A stretch of 64,000 bases of DNA, from the NCBI GenBank assembly GCA_964016885.1, contig OZ024743.1, forward strand, positions 136,152,001 through 136,216,000, given 5' to 3'. Under the pieces are notes generated by a model. It was not told the origin of the DNA, searched no databases, and was given only the letters and a program-made list of their open reading frames with translations. The first letter of the stretch is position 1, and every line of letters begins with the position of its first letter. This DNA comes from Eledone cirrhosa (Eukaryota). This document shows, in pieces, positions 36,901 through 48,900 of this stretch. Position numbers and translations under genes: made by a program.

Positions 36901-39900
36901 GGTTGGTGCTTGGTGCTTGGTGTTTGGTGTTTGGTGTTTGCTGTTTGGTGTTTGCTGTTTGGTGTCTGCTTTTTGGTGTTTGGTGTTTGCTGTATGGTGT
37001 TTGCTGTTTCGTATTTGGTTTTTGCTGTTTGGTGTTTGGTGTTTGCTGTTTGGTGTTTGGTGTTTGGTGTTTGGTGCTTTGTGCTTGGTGCTTGGTGTTT
37101 GGCATTTGGTGCTTGGTGCTTGGTGTTTGGTGCTTGGTGCTTGGTGTTTGGTGTTTGGTGCTTGGTGCCTGGTGCTTGTTGTATGCTGTTTGGTGCCTGG
37201 TGCTTGGTGTTTGGTGTTTGGTGTTTGGTGCTTGGTGTCTGGTGTTTGGTGTTTGTTGTTTGGTGCTTGCTGCTTGGTGTTTGGGTTTTGGTGCTTGGTG
37301 CTTGGTGTTTGGTGTTTGGTGCTTGGTGTTTGGTGCTTGGTGTTTGGTGCTGAGTGCTTGGTGTTTTGTGCTTGGTGCGTGGTGCTTGGTGTTTGGTGTT
37401 TGGTGCTTGGTGCTTGGTGTTTGGTGTTTGATGCTTGGTGTTTGATGCTTGTTGCTTGGTGCTTGGTGTTTTGTGTTTGGTGTTTGGTGCTTGGTGTATG
37501 TACTTGGTGCTTGGTTCTGGGTGTTTGGTGCTTGGTTCTTGGTGTTTGGTGATTGGTGCTTGGGGCTTGGTGTTTGGTGCTTGGTGCTTGGTGTTTGGTA
37601 CTTGGTGCTTGGTGTTTGGTTTTTGATGCTTGGTGTTTGATGCTTGGTGCTTGGTGCTTGGTGTTAAGTGTTTGGGGCTTGGTGCTTGTTGCATGGTGCT
37701 TGGTGTTTGGTGCTTGGTGCCTGGTGCTTGGTGTTTGGTGCTTGGTGCTTGGTGCTTGGTGTTTGGTGCTTGGTATTTGGTGCTTGGTGCTTGGTGTTTG
37801 GTGCTTGGTGTTTGGTGCTTGGTGTTCGGTGCTTGGTGCTTGGTGTTTGGTGCTTGGTGTTAGGTGATTGGTGCTTGGTGCTTGGTGTTTTATGTTTGAT
37901 CCTTGGTGCTTGGTGTTTGGTGCTTGGTGCTTGGTGTTTGGTGTTTGGTGCTTGGTGCCTGGTGCTTGTTGTATGCTGTTTGGTGCTTGGTATTTGGTGT
38001 TTGCTGCTTGTTGTCTGGTGTTTGGTGCTTGGTGTTTGGTGTTTGGTGCTTGGTGCTTGGTGCTTGGTATTTGGTGTTTGGTGCTTGGTGCTTGGTGTTT
38101 GTTGTTTGGTGCTGGGTGCTTGGAGTTTGGTTCTTGGTGCTTGGTGCTTAGTGCTTGGTGTTTGGTGTTTGGTGCTTGGTGTTGGGTGTTTGGTGTTTGA
38201 TGCTTGGTGTGTGCTGCTTGGTGCTTGGTGCTTGGTGCCTGGTGCTTGGTGCTTGGTGCTTGTTGTTTGGTGCTTGGTGCTTGGTGATTAGTGTTTGGTG
38301 CTTGGTGCTTGGGGTTTGCTGTTTGGTGCTTGGTGCTTGGTGTTTGGTGTTTGGTGTTTGGTGCTTGGTGTCTGGTGTTTGGTGTTTGGTGTTTGGTGCT
38401 TGGTGCTTGGTGTTTGGGTTTTGGTGCTTGGTGCTTGGTGTTTGGTGTTTGGTGCTTGGTGTTTGGTGCTGAGTGCTTGGTGTTTTGTGCTTGGTGCGTG
38501 GTGCTTGGTGTTTGGTGTTTGGCGCTTGGTGCTTGGTGTCTGGTGTTTGATGCTTGGTGTTTGATGCTTGTTGCTTGGTGCTTGGTGTTTTGTGTTTGGT
38601 GTTTCGTGCTTGGTGTATGTACTTGTTGCTTGGTTCTTGGTGTTTGGTGCTTGGTTCTTGGTGTTTGGTGATTGGTGCTTGGTGCTTGGTGTTTGGTGCT
38701 TGGTGCTTGGTGTTTGGTACTTGGTGCTTGGTGTTTGGTTTTTGATGCTTGGTGTTTGATGCTTGGTGCTTGGTGCTTGGTGTTTAAGTGTTTGGGGCTT
38801 GGTGCTTGGTGCATGGTGCTTGGTGTTTGGTGCTTGGTGCCTGGTGTTTGGTGTTTGGTGCTTGGTGCTTGGTGCTTGGTGTTTGGTGCTTGGTATTTGG
38901 TGCTTGGTGCTTGGTGTTTGGTGCTTGGTGTTTGGTGCTTGGTGTTCGGTGCTTGGTGCTTGGTGTTTGGTGCTTGGTGTTAGGTGATTGGTGCTTGGTG
39001 CTTGGTGTTTGATGTTTGATCCTTGGTGCTTGGTGTTTGGTGCTTGGTGCTTGGTGTTTGGTGTTTGGTGCTTGTTGCTTGCTGCTTGGTGTTTGGTGCT
39101 TGGTGATTGGTGCTTGGTGTTGGGTACTTGGTGCTTGTTGTTTGGTGTTTGGTGCTAGGTGCTTGGTGCTTGGTGCTTGGGGTTTGGTGCTTGGTGCTTG
39201 GTGTTTGGTGTTTGGTGCTTGGTGCTTGGGGCTTGGTGTTTGGTGCTTTGTGCTTGGTGCTTGGTGTTTGGTGCTTGGTGCTTGGTGCTTCGTGTTTGGT
39301 GTTTGGTGTTTGGTGCTTGGTTTTTGGTGCTTGGTGTTTGGTGTTTGGTGCTTGGTGCTTGGGGCTTGGTGTTTGGTGCTTGGTGCTTGGTGCTTGGTGT
39401 TTAGTGTTTGGTGTTTGGTGCTTGGTGCTTGGTGCTGGGTGGTTGGTGTTTGGTGCTTGGTGCTTGGTGTTTGGTGCTTGGTGCTTGGTGCTTGTTGTTT
39501 GGTGCTTGGTGCTTGGTGCTTGGTCTTTGGTGCTTGGAGTTTGGTTGTTGGTGCTTAGTGCTTGGTGTTTGGGGTTTGGTGTTTGCTGTTTGGTGTTTGC
39601 TGTTTGGTGTCTGCTTTTTGGTGTTTGGTGTTTGCTGTATGGTGTTTGCTGTTTCGTATTTGGCTTTTGCTGTTTGGTGTTTGGTGTTTGCTGTTTGGTG
39701 TATGGTGTTTGGTGTTTGGTGCTTTGTGCTTGGTGCTTGGTGTTTGGCATTTGGTGCTTGGTGCTTGGTGTTTGGTGCTTGGTGCTTGGTGCTTGGTGTT
39801 TGGTGTTTGGTGCTTGGTGCCTGGTGCTTGTTGTTTGGTGTTTGGTGCTTAGTGCTTGGTGTTTGGTGTTTGGTGCTTGGTGCTTGGTGGCTGGTGGTTG

Positions 39901-42900
39901 GTGCTTGGTGTTTGGTGTTTGGTGCTTGGTGCTTGGTGCCTGGTGTTTGGTGCCTGGTGCTTGGTGCTTGGTGTTTGGTATTTGGTGCTTGGTGTTTGGT
40001 GTTTGGTCCTTGGTGCTTGGTGCTTGGTCTTTGCTGCTTGGGGTTTGGTGTTTGGTGCTTGGTGCTTGGTGTTTGGTGCCTGGTGCTTGGTGCTTGGTGT
40101 TTGGTGTTTAATGCTTGGTGCTTGGTGCTTGGTGTTTGGTGCTTGGTGCTTGGTGCTTGGTGTCTGGCGTTTGCTGTTTGCTGTTTGCTGTTTGGTGCTT
40201 GCTGTTTGGTGTTTGGTGTTTGGTGTTTGGTGTTTGGTGCTTGCTGTTTGGTGTTTGGTGCTTGGTGCTTGGTGATTAATGTTTGGTGCATGGTCCTTGG
40301 TGTTTGTTGTTTGGTGCTTGGTGCTTGGTGTTTGGTGCTTGGTGCTTGCTGTTTGGTGGTTGGTGCTTGGTGTTTGGTGTTTGGTGTTTGGTGCTTGGTG
40401 CTTGGTGTTTGGTGTTTGGTGCTTGCTGCTTGGTGCTTGGTGCTTGGTGTTTGGTGCTTGGTGCTTGGTGCTTGGTGTTTGGCGTTTGCTGTTTGCTGTT
40501 TGGTGTTTGGTGTTTGCTGTTTGGTGTTTGCTGTTTGGTGTTTGGTGCTTGGTGCTTGGTGGCTGGTGTTTGGTGCTTGGTGTTTGGATTTTGGTTCTTG
40601 GTGCTTGGTGCCTGGTGTTTCGTGCTTGGTGCTTGGTGCTTGGTGTTTGGTGTTTTGTGCTTGGTGTTTGGTGTTTGGTACTTGGTGCTTGGTGCTTGGT
40701 GCTTGGTGTTTGGTGCTTGGTGCTTGGTGATTGGTGTTTGATGCTGCGTGCTTGGTGTTTGGTGTTTGGAGCTTGGTGCCTGGTGCTTGTTGTTTGGTGC
40801 CTGGTGCTTGTTGTTTGGTGCTTGGTGCTTGGTGGTTGGTGCTTGGTGTTAGGTGTTTGGTGCTTGGTGCTTGGTGTTTGATGTTTGGTCCCTGGTGCTT
40901 GGTGTTTGGTGTTTGGTGCTTGGTGCTTGGTGTTTGGTGTTTGGTGCTTGCTGCTTGGTGCTTGGTGTTTTGTGTTTGGAGTTTGGTGCTTGGTGTTTGG
41001 TGCTTCGGTCTTGGTGCTTGGTGTTTGGTGCTTGGTGCTTGGTGTTTGGTGCTTGGTGCCTGGTGCTTGGTGTTTGGTGCTTGGTGCTTGGTGTTTGGTG
41101 ATTGGTGCTTGGTGTTTGGTGCTTGGTGCTTGGTGCTTGGTGCTTGGTGTTAGGTGTTTGGTGCTTGGTGCTTGGTGTTTGATGTTTGGTGCTTGGTGCT
41201 TGGTGTTTGGTGTTTGGTGCTTGGTGCTTGGTGTTAGGTGTTTGGTGCTTGCTGCTTGCTGCTTGGTGTTTGGTGCTTGGTGATTGGTGCTTGGCGTTTT
41301 GTGCTTGGTGCTTGGTGTTTGGTGTTTGGTGCTAGGGGCTTGGTGCTTGGTGCTTGGTGTTTGGTGCTTGGTGCTTGCTGTTTGGTGTTTGGTGCTTGGT
41401 GCGTGGGACTTAGTGTTTGGTGTTTGGTACTTGGTGTTTGGTGATTGGTGTTTGGGGTTTGGTGTTCAGTGCTTGGTGCTTGGTGCTTGGGGCTTGGTGT
41501 TTGGTGTTTGGTGCTTGGTGCTTGGTGTTTGATGTTGGGTCCTTGGTGCTTGGTGTTTGGTCTTTGGTGCTTGGTGTTTGGTGTTTGGTGCTTGGTGCTT
41601 GATGTTTGGTGTTTGGTGCTTGGTGCTTGGGGCTTGGTGTTTGGTGCCTGGGGCTTGGTGTTTGGTGTTTGGTGCTTGGTGCTTGGGGCTTGGTGTCTGG
41701 TGCTTGGTGCTTGGTGCTTGGTGTTTAGTGTTTGGTGTTTGGTGCTTGGTGTTTGGTGCTTGGTGCTTGGTGCTGGGTGGTTGGTGTTTGGTGCTTGGTG
41801 CTTGGTGTTTGGTGCTTGGTGCTTGGTGCTTGTTGTTTGGTGCTTGGTGCTTGGTGCTTGGTCTTTGGTGCTTGGAGTTTGGTGGTTGGTGCTTGGTGCT
41901 TGGTGTTTGGTGCCTGGTGCTTGGTGCTTCGTGTTTGGCGTTTGCTGTTTGCTGTTTGCTGTTTGGTGCTTGCTGTTTGGTGTTTGGTGTTTGGTGTTTG
42001 GTGTTTGGTGTTTGCTGTTTGCTGTATGGTGTTTGCTGTTTCGTATTTGGTTTTTGCTGTTTGGTGTTTGGTGTTTGCTGTTTGGTGTTTAGTGTTTGGT
42101 GCATGGTCCTTGGTGTTTGTTGTTTGGTGCTTGGTGCTTGGTGTTTGGTGTTTGGTGTTTGGTGCCTGGTGCTTGGTGTTTGGTGCTTGGTGCTTGGTGC
42201 TGGGTGTTTGTTGCTTGGTGCTTGGTGTTTGGTGCTTGGTGCTTGGTGCTTGGTGCTTGGTGCTTGGTGTTTGGTCCTTGGTGCTTGGTGCTTGGTCTTT
42301 GGTGCTTGGGGTTTGGTGTTTGGTGCTTGGTGCTTGGTGTTTGGTGGTTGGTGGTTGGTGCTTGGTGTTTGGTGTTTGGTGCTTGCTGCTTGGTGCTTGG
42401 TGTTTGATGCTTGGTGCTGGGTGTTTGGTGTTTGGTGCTTGGTGCGTGGGACTTGGTGTTTGGTGCTTGGTGTTTGGTGCTTGGTGTTTGGTGCTTGGTG
42501 CTTGGTGCTTGGTGTTTGGTGTTTGATGTTTGCTGCCTGGTGCTTGGTGTTTTGTGTTTGGAGTTTGGTGCTTGGTGTTTGGTGCTTCGGTCTTGGTGCT
42601 TGGTGTTTGGTGCTTGGTGCTTGGTGTTTGGTGCTTGGTGCCTGGTGCTTGGTGTTTGGTGCTTGGTGCTTGGTGTTTGGTGATTGGTGCTTGGTGTTTG
42701 GTGCTTGGTGCTTGGTGCTTGGTGCTTGGTGTTAGGTGTTTGGTGCTTGATGCTTGGTGTTTGTTGTTTGGTCCTTGGTGCTTGGTGTTTGGTGCTTGGT
42801 GCTTGGTGATTGGTGTTTGGTGTTTGGTGTTTGCTGCTTGCTGCTTGGTGTTTGGTGCTTGGTGATTGGTGCTTGGTGTTTTGTGCTTGGTGCTTGGTGT

Positions 42901-45900
42901 TTGGTGTTTGGTGCTAGGGGCTTGGTGCTTGGTGCTTGGTGTTTGGTGCTTGGTGCTTGCTGTTTGTTGTTTGGTGCTTGGTGCGTGGGACTTAGTGTTT
43001 GATGTTTGGTGCTTGGTGTTTGGTGCTTGGTGTTTGGGGCTTGGTGTTCGGTGCTTGGTGCTTGGTGCTTGGGGCTTGGTGTTTGGTGTTTGGTGCTAGG
43101 TGCTTGGTGTTTGATGTTGGGTCCTTGGTGCTTGGTGTTTGGTGTTTGGTGCTTGGTTTTTGGTGTTTGGTGCTTGGTGCTTGATGTTTGGTGTTTGGTG
43201 CTTGGTGCTTGGGGCTTGGTGTTTGGTGCTTGGTGCTTGGTGTTTGGTGTTTGGTGCTTGGTGCTTGGTGTTTGGTGTTTGGTGCTTGGTGCCTGGTGCT
43301 TGTTGTATGCTGTTTGGTGCTTGGTATTTGGTGTTTGCTGCTTGTTGTCTGGTGTTTGGTGCTTGGTGTTTGGTGTTTGGTGCTTGGTGCTTGGTGCTTG
43401 GTATTTGGTGTTTGGTGCTTGGTGCTTGGTGTTTGTTGTTTGGTGCTGGGTGCTTGGAGTTTGGTTCTTGGTGCTTGGTGCTTAGTGCTTGGTGTTTGGT
43501 GTTTGGTGCTTGGTGTTGGGTGTTTGGTGTTTGATGCTTGGTGTGTGCTGCTTGGTGCTTGGTGCTTGGTGCCTGGTGCTTGGTGCTTGGTGCTTGTTGT
43601 TTGGTGCTTGGTGCTTGGTGATTAGTGTTTGGTGCTTGGTGCTTGGGGTTTGCTGTTTGGTGCTTGGTGCTTGGTGTTTGGTGTTTGGTGTTTGGTGCTT
43701 GGTGTCTGGTGTTTGGTGTTTGGTGTTTGGTGCTTGGTGCTTGGTGTTTGGGTTTTGGTGCTTGGTGCTTGGTGTTTGGTGTTTGGTGCTTGGTGTTTGG
43801 TGCTGAGTGCTTGGTGTTTTGTGCTTGGTGCGTGGTGCTTGGTGTTTGGTGTTTGGCGCTTGGTGCTTGGTGTCTGGTGTTTGATGCTTGGTGTTTGATG
43901 CTTGTTGCTTGGTGCTTGGTGTTTTGTGTTTGGTGTTTCGTGCTTGGTGTATGTACTTGTTGCTTGGTTCTTGGTGTTTGGTGCTTGGTTCTTGGTGTTT
44001 GGTGATTGGTGCTTGGTGCTTGGTGTTTGGTGCTTGGTGCTTGGTGTTTGGTACTTGGTGCTTGGTGTTTGGTTTTTGATGCTTGGTGTTTGATGCTTGG
44101 TGCTTGGTGCTTGGTGTTTAAGTGTTTGGGGCTTGGTGCTTGGTGCATGGTGCTTGGTGTTTGGTGCTTGGTGCCTGGTGTTTGGTGTTTGGTGCTTGGT
44201 GCTTGGTGCTTGGTGTTTGGTGCTTGGTATTTGGTGCTTGGTGCTTGGTGTTTGGTGCTTGGTGTTTGGTGCTTGGTGTTCGGTGCTTGGTGCTTGGTGT
44301 TTGGTGCTTGGTGTTAGGTGATTGGTGCTTGGTGCTTGGTGTTTGATGTTTGATCCTTGGTGCTTGGTGTTTGGTGCTTGGTGCTTGGTGTTTGGTGTTT
44401 GGTGCTTGTTGCTTGCTGCTTGGTGTTTGGTGCTTGGTGATTGGTGCTTGGTGTTGGGTACTTGGTGCTTGTTGTTTGGTGTTTGGTGCTAGGTGCTTGG
44501 TGCTTGGTGCTTGGGGTTTGGTGCTTGGTGCTTGGTGTTTGGTGTTTGGTGCTTGGTGCTTGGGGCTTGGTGTTTGGTGCTTTGTGCTTGGTGCTTGGTG
44601 TTTGGTGCTTGGTGCTTGGTGCTTCGTGTTTGGTGTTTGGTGTTTGGTGCTTGGTTTTTGGTGCTTGGTGTTTGGTGTTTGGTGCTTGGTGCTTGGGGCT
44701 TGGTGTTTGGTGCTTGGTGCTTGGTGCTTGGTGTTTAGTGTTTGGTGTTTGGTGCTTGGTGCTTGGTGCTGGGTGGTTGGTGTTTGGTGCTTGGTGCTTG
44801 GTGTTTGGTGCTTGGTGCTTGGTGCTTGTTGTTTGGTGCTTGGTGCTTGGTGCTTGGTCTTTGGTGCTTGGAGTTTGGTTGTTGGTGCTTGGTGCTTGGT
44901 GTTTGGGGTTTGGTGTTTGCTGTTTGGTGTTTGCTGTTTGGTGTCTGCTTTTTGGTGTTTGGTGTTTGCTGTATGGTGTTTGCTGTTTCGTATTTGGCTT
45001 TTGCTGTTTGGTGTTTGGTGTTTGCTGTTTGGTGTATGGTGTTTGGTGTTTGGTGCTTTGTGCTTGGTGCTTGGTGTTTGGCATTTGGTGCTTGGTGCTT
45101 GGTGTTTGGTGCTTGGTGCTTGGTGCTTGGTGTTTGGTGTTTGGTGCTTGGTGCCTGGTGCTTGTTGTTTGGTGTTTGGTGCTTAGTGCTTGGTGTTTGG
45201 TGTTTGGTGCTTGGTGCTTGGTGGCTGGTGGTTGGTGCTTGGTGTTTGGTGTTTGGTGCTTGGTGCTTGGTGCCTGGTGTTTGGTGCCTGGTGCTTGGTG
45301 CTTGGTGTTTGGTATTTGGTGCTTGGTGTTTGGTGTTTGGTCCTTGGTGCTTGGTGCTTGGTCTTTGCTGCTTGGGGTTTGGTGTTTGGTGCTTGGTGCT
45401 TGGTGTTTGGTGCCTGGTGCTTGGTGCTTGGTGTTTGGTGTTTAATGCTTGGTGCTTGGTGCTTGGTGTTTGGTGCTTGGTGCTTGGTGCTTGGTGTCTG
45501 GCGTTTGCTGTTTGCTGTTTGCTGTTTGGTGCTTGCTGTTTGGTGTTTGGTGTTTGGTGTTTGGTGTTTGGTGCTTGCTGTTTGGTGTTTGGTGCTTGGT
45601 GCTTGGTGATTAATGTTTGGTGCATGGTCCTTGGTGTTTGTTGTTTGGTGCTTGGTGCTTGGTGTTTGGTGCTTGGTGCTTGCTGTTTGGTGGTTGGTGC
45701 TTGGTGTTTGGTGTTTGGTGTTTGGTGCTTGGTGCTTGGTGTTTGGTGTTTGGTGCTTGCTGCTTGGTGCTTGGTGCTTGGTGTTTGGTGCTTGGTGCTT
45801 GGTGCTTGGTGTTTGGCGTTTGCTGTTTGCTGTTTGGTGTTTGGTGTTTGCTGTTTGGTGTTTGCTGTTTGGTGTTTGGTGCTTGGTGCTTGGTGGCTGG

Positions 45901-48900
45901 TGTTTGGTGCTTGGTGTTTGGATTTTGGTTCTTGGTGCTTGGTGCCTGGTGTTTCGTGCTTGGTGCTTGGTGCTTGGTGTTTGGTGTTTTGTGCTTGGTG
46001 TTTGGTGTTTGGTACTTGGTGCTTGGTGCTTGGTGCTTGGTGTTTGGTGCTTGGTGCTTGGTGATTGGTGTTTGATGCTGCGTGCTTGGTGTTTGGTGTT
46101 TGGAGCTTGGTGCCTGGTGCTTGTTGTTTGGTGCCTGGTGCTTGTTGTTTGGTGCTTGGTGCTTGGTGGTTGGTGCTTGGTGTTAGGTGTTTGGTGCTTG
46201 GTGCTTGGTGTTTGATGTTTGGTCCCTGGTGCTTGGTGTTTGGTGTTTGGTGCTTGGTGCTTGGTGTTTGGTGTTTGGTGCTTGCTGCTTGGTGCTTGGT
46301 GTTTTGTGTTTGGAGTTTGGTGCTTGGTGTTTGGTGCTTCGGTCTTGGTGCTTGGTGTTTGGTGCTTGGTGCTTGGTGTTTGGTGCTTGGTGCCTGGTGC
46401 TTGGTGTTTGGTGCTTGGTGCTTGGTGTTTGGTGATTGGTGCTTGGTGTTTGGTGCTTGGTGCTTGGTGCTTGGTGCTTGGTGTTAGGTGTTTGGTGCTT
46501 GGTGCTTGGTGTTTGATGTTTGGTGCTTGGTGCTTGGTGTTTGGTGTTTGGTGCTTGGTGCTTGGTGTTAGGTGTTTGGTGCTTGCTGCTTGCTGCTTGG
46601 TGTTTGGTGCTTGGTGATTGGTGCTTGGCGTTTTGTGCTTGGTGCTTGGTGTTTGGTGTTTGGTGCTAGGGGCTTGGTGCTTGGTGCTTGGTGTTTGGTG
46701 CTTGGTGCTTGCTGTTTGGTGTTTGGTGCTTGGTGCGTGGGACTTAGTGTTTGGTGTTTGGTACTTGGTGTTTGGTGATTGGTGTTTGGGGTTTGGTGTT
46801 CAGTGCTTGGTGCTTGGTGCTTGGGGCTTGGTGTTTGGTGTTTGGTGCTTGGTGCTTGGTGTTTGATGTTGGGTCCTTGGTGCTTGGTGTTTGGTCTTTG
46901 GTGCTTGGTGTTTGGTGTTTGGTGCTTGGTGCTTGATGTTTGGTGTTTGGTGCTTGGTGCTTGGGGCTTGGTGTTTGGTGCCTGGGGCTTGGTGTTTGGT
47001 GTTTGGTGCTTGGTGCTTGGGGCTTGGTGTCTGGTGCTTGGTGCTTGGTGCTTGGTGTTTAGTGTTTGGTGTTTGGTGCTTGGTGTTTGGTGCTTGGTGC
47101 TTGGTGCTGGGTGGTTGGTGTTTGGTGCTTGGTGCTTGGTGTTTGGTGCTTGGTGCTTGGTGCTTGTTGTTTGGTGCTTGGTGCTTGGTGCTTGGTCTTT
47201 GGTGCTTGGAGTTTGGTGGTTGGTGCTTGGTGCTTGGTGTTTGGTGCCTGGTGCTTGGTGCTTCGTGTTTGGCGTTTGCTGTTTGCTGTTTGCTGTTTGG
47301 TGCTTGCTGTTTGGTGTTTGGTGTTTGGTGTTTGGTGTTTGGTGTTTGCTGTTTGCTGTATGGTGTTTGCTGTTTCGTATTTGGTTTTTGCTGTTTGGTG
47401 TTTGGTGTTTGCTGTTTGGTGTTTAGTGTTTGGTGCATGGTCCTTGGTGTTTGTTGTTTGGTGCTTGGTGCTTGGTGTTTGGTGTTTGGTGTTTGGTGCC
47501 TGGTGCTTGGTGTTTGGTGCTTGGTGCTTGGTGCTGGGTGTTTGTTGCTTGGTGCTTGGTGTTTGGTGCTTGGTGCTTGGTGCTTGGTGCTTGGTGCTTG
47601 GTGTTTGGTCCTTGGTGCTTGGTGCTTGGTCTTTGGTGCTTGGGGTTTGGTGTTTGGTGCTTGGTGCTTGGTGTTTGGTGGTTGGTGGTTGGTGCTTGGT
47701 GTTTGGTGTTTGGTGCTTGCTGCTTGGTGCTTGGTGTTTGATGCTTGGTGCTTGGTGTTTGGTGTTTGGTGCTTGGTGCGTGGGACTTGGTGTTTGGTGC
47801 TTGGTGTTTGGTGCTTGGTGTTTGGTGCTTGGTGCTTGGTGCTTGGTGTTTGGTGTTTGATGTTTGCTGCCTGGTGCTTGGTGTTTTGTGTTTGGAGTTT
47901 GGTGCTTGGTGTTTGGTGCTTCGGTCTTGGTGCTTGGTGTTTGGTGCTTGGTGCTTGGTGTTTGGTGCTTGGTGCCTGGTGCTTGGTGTTTGGTGCTTGG
48001 TGCTTGGTGTTTGGTGATTGGTGCTTGGTGTTTGGTGCTTGGTGCTTGGTGCTTGGTGCTTGGTGTTAGGTGTTTGGTGCTTGATGCTTGGTGTTTGTTG
48101 TTTGGTCCTTGGTGCTTGGTGTTTGGTGCTTGGTGCTTGGTGATTGGTGTTTGGTGTTTGGTGTTTGCTGCTTGCTGCTTGGTGTTTGGTGCTTGGTGAT
48201 TGGTGCTTGGTGTTTTGTGCTTGGTGCTTGGTGTTTGGTGTTTGGTGCTAGGGGCTTGGTGCTTGGTGCTTGGTGTTTGGTGCTTGGTGCTTGCTGTTTG
48301 TTGTTTGGTGCTTGGTGCGTGGGACTTAGTGTTTGATGTTTGGTGCTTGGTGTTTGGTGCTTGGTGTTTGGGGCTTGGTGTTCGGTGCTTGGTGCTTGGT
48401 GCTTGGGGCTTGGTGTTTGGTGTTTGGTGCTAGGTGCTTGGTGTTTGATGTTGGGTCCTTGGTGCTTGGTGTTTGGTGTTTGGTGCTTGGCTTTTGGTGT
48501 TTGGTGCTTGGTGCTTGATGTTTGGTGTTTGGTGCTTGGTGCTTGGGGCTTGGTGTTTGGTGCTTGGTGCTTGGTGTTTGGTGTTTGGTGCTTGGTGCTT
48601 GGGGCTTGGTGTTTGGTGCTTGGTGCTTGGTGCTTGGTGTTTAGTGTTTGGTGTTTGGTGCTTGGTGTTTGGTGCTTGGTGCTTGGTGCTGGGTGGTTGG
48701 TGTTTGGTGCTTGGTGCTTGGTGTTTGGTGCTTGGTGCTTGGTGCTTGTTGTTTGGTGCTTGGTGCTTGGTGCTTGGTCTTTGGTGCTTGGAGTTTGGTG
48801 GTTGGTGCTTGGTGCTTGGTGTTTGGTGTTTGGTGTTTGCTGTTTGGTGTTTGCTGTTTGGTGTCTGCTTTTTGGTGTTTGGTGTTTGCTGTATGGTGTT

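Noticed and set aside
34837-38814. 1325-aa ORF and other long TKHQAP-repeat ORFs as mucin-like or Pol II CTD-like proteins
   Set aside because: The periodicity is at DNA level (7 nt, not a multiple of 3) and all frames give the same peptide. There is no unique domain and no codon-position bias in the variants. The resemblance to the YSPTSPS heptad is in length only.
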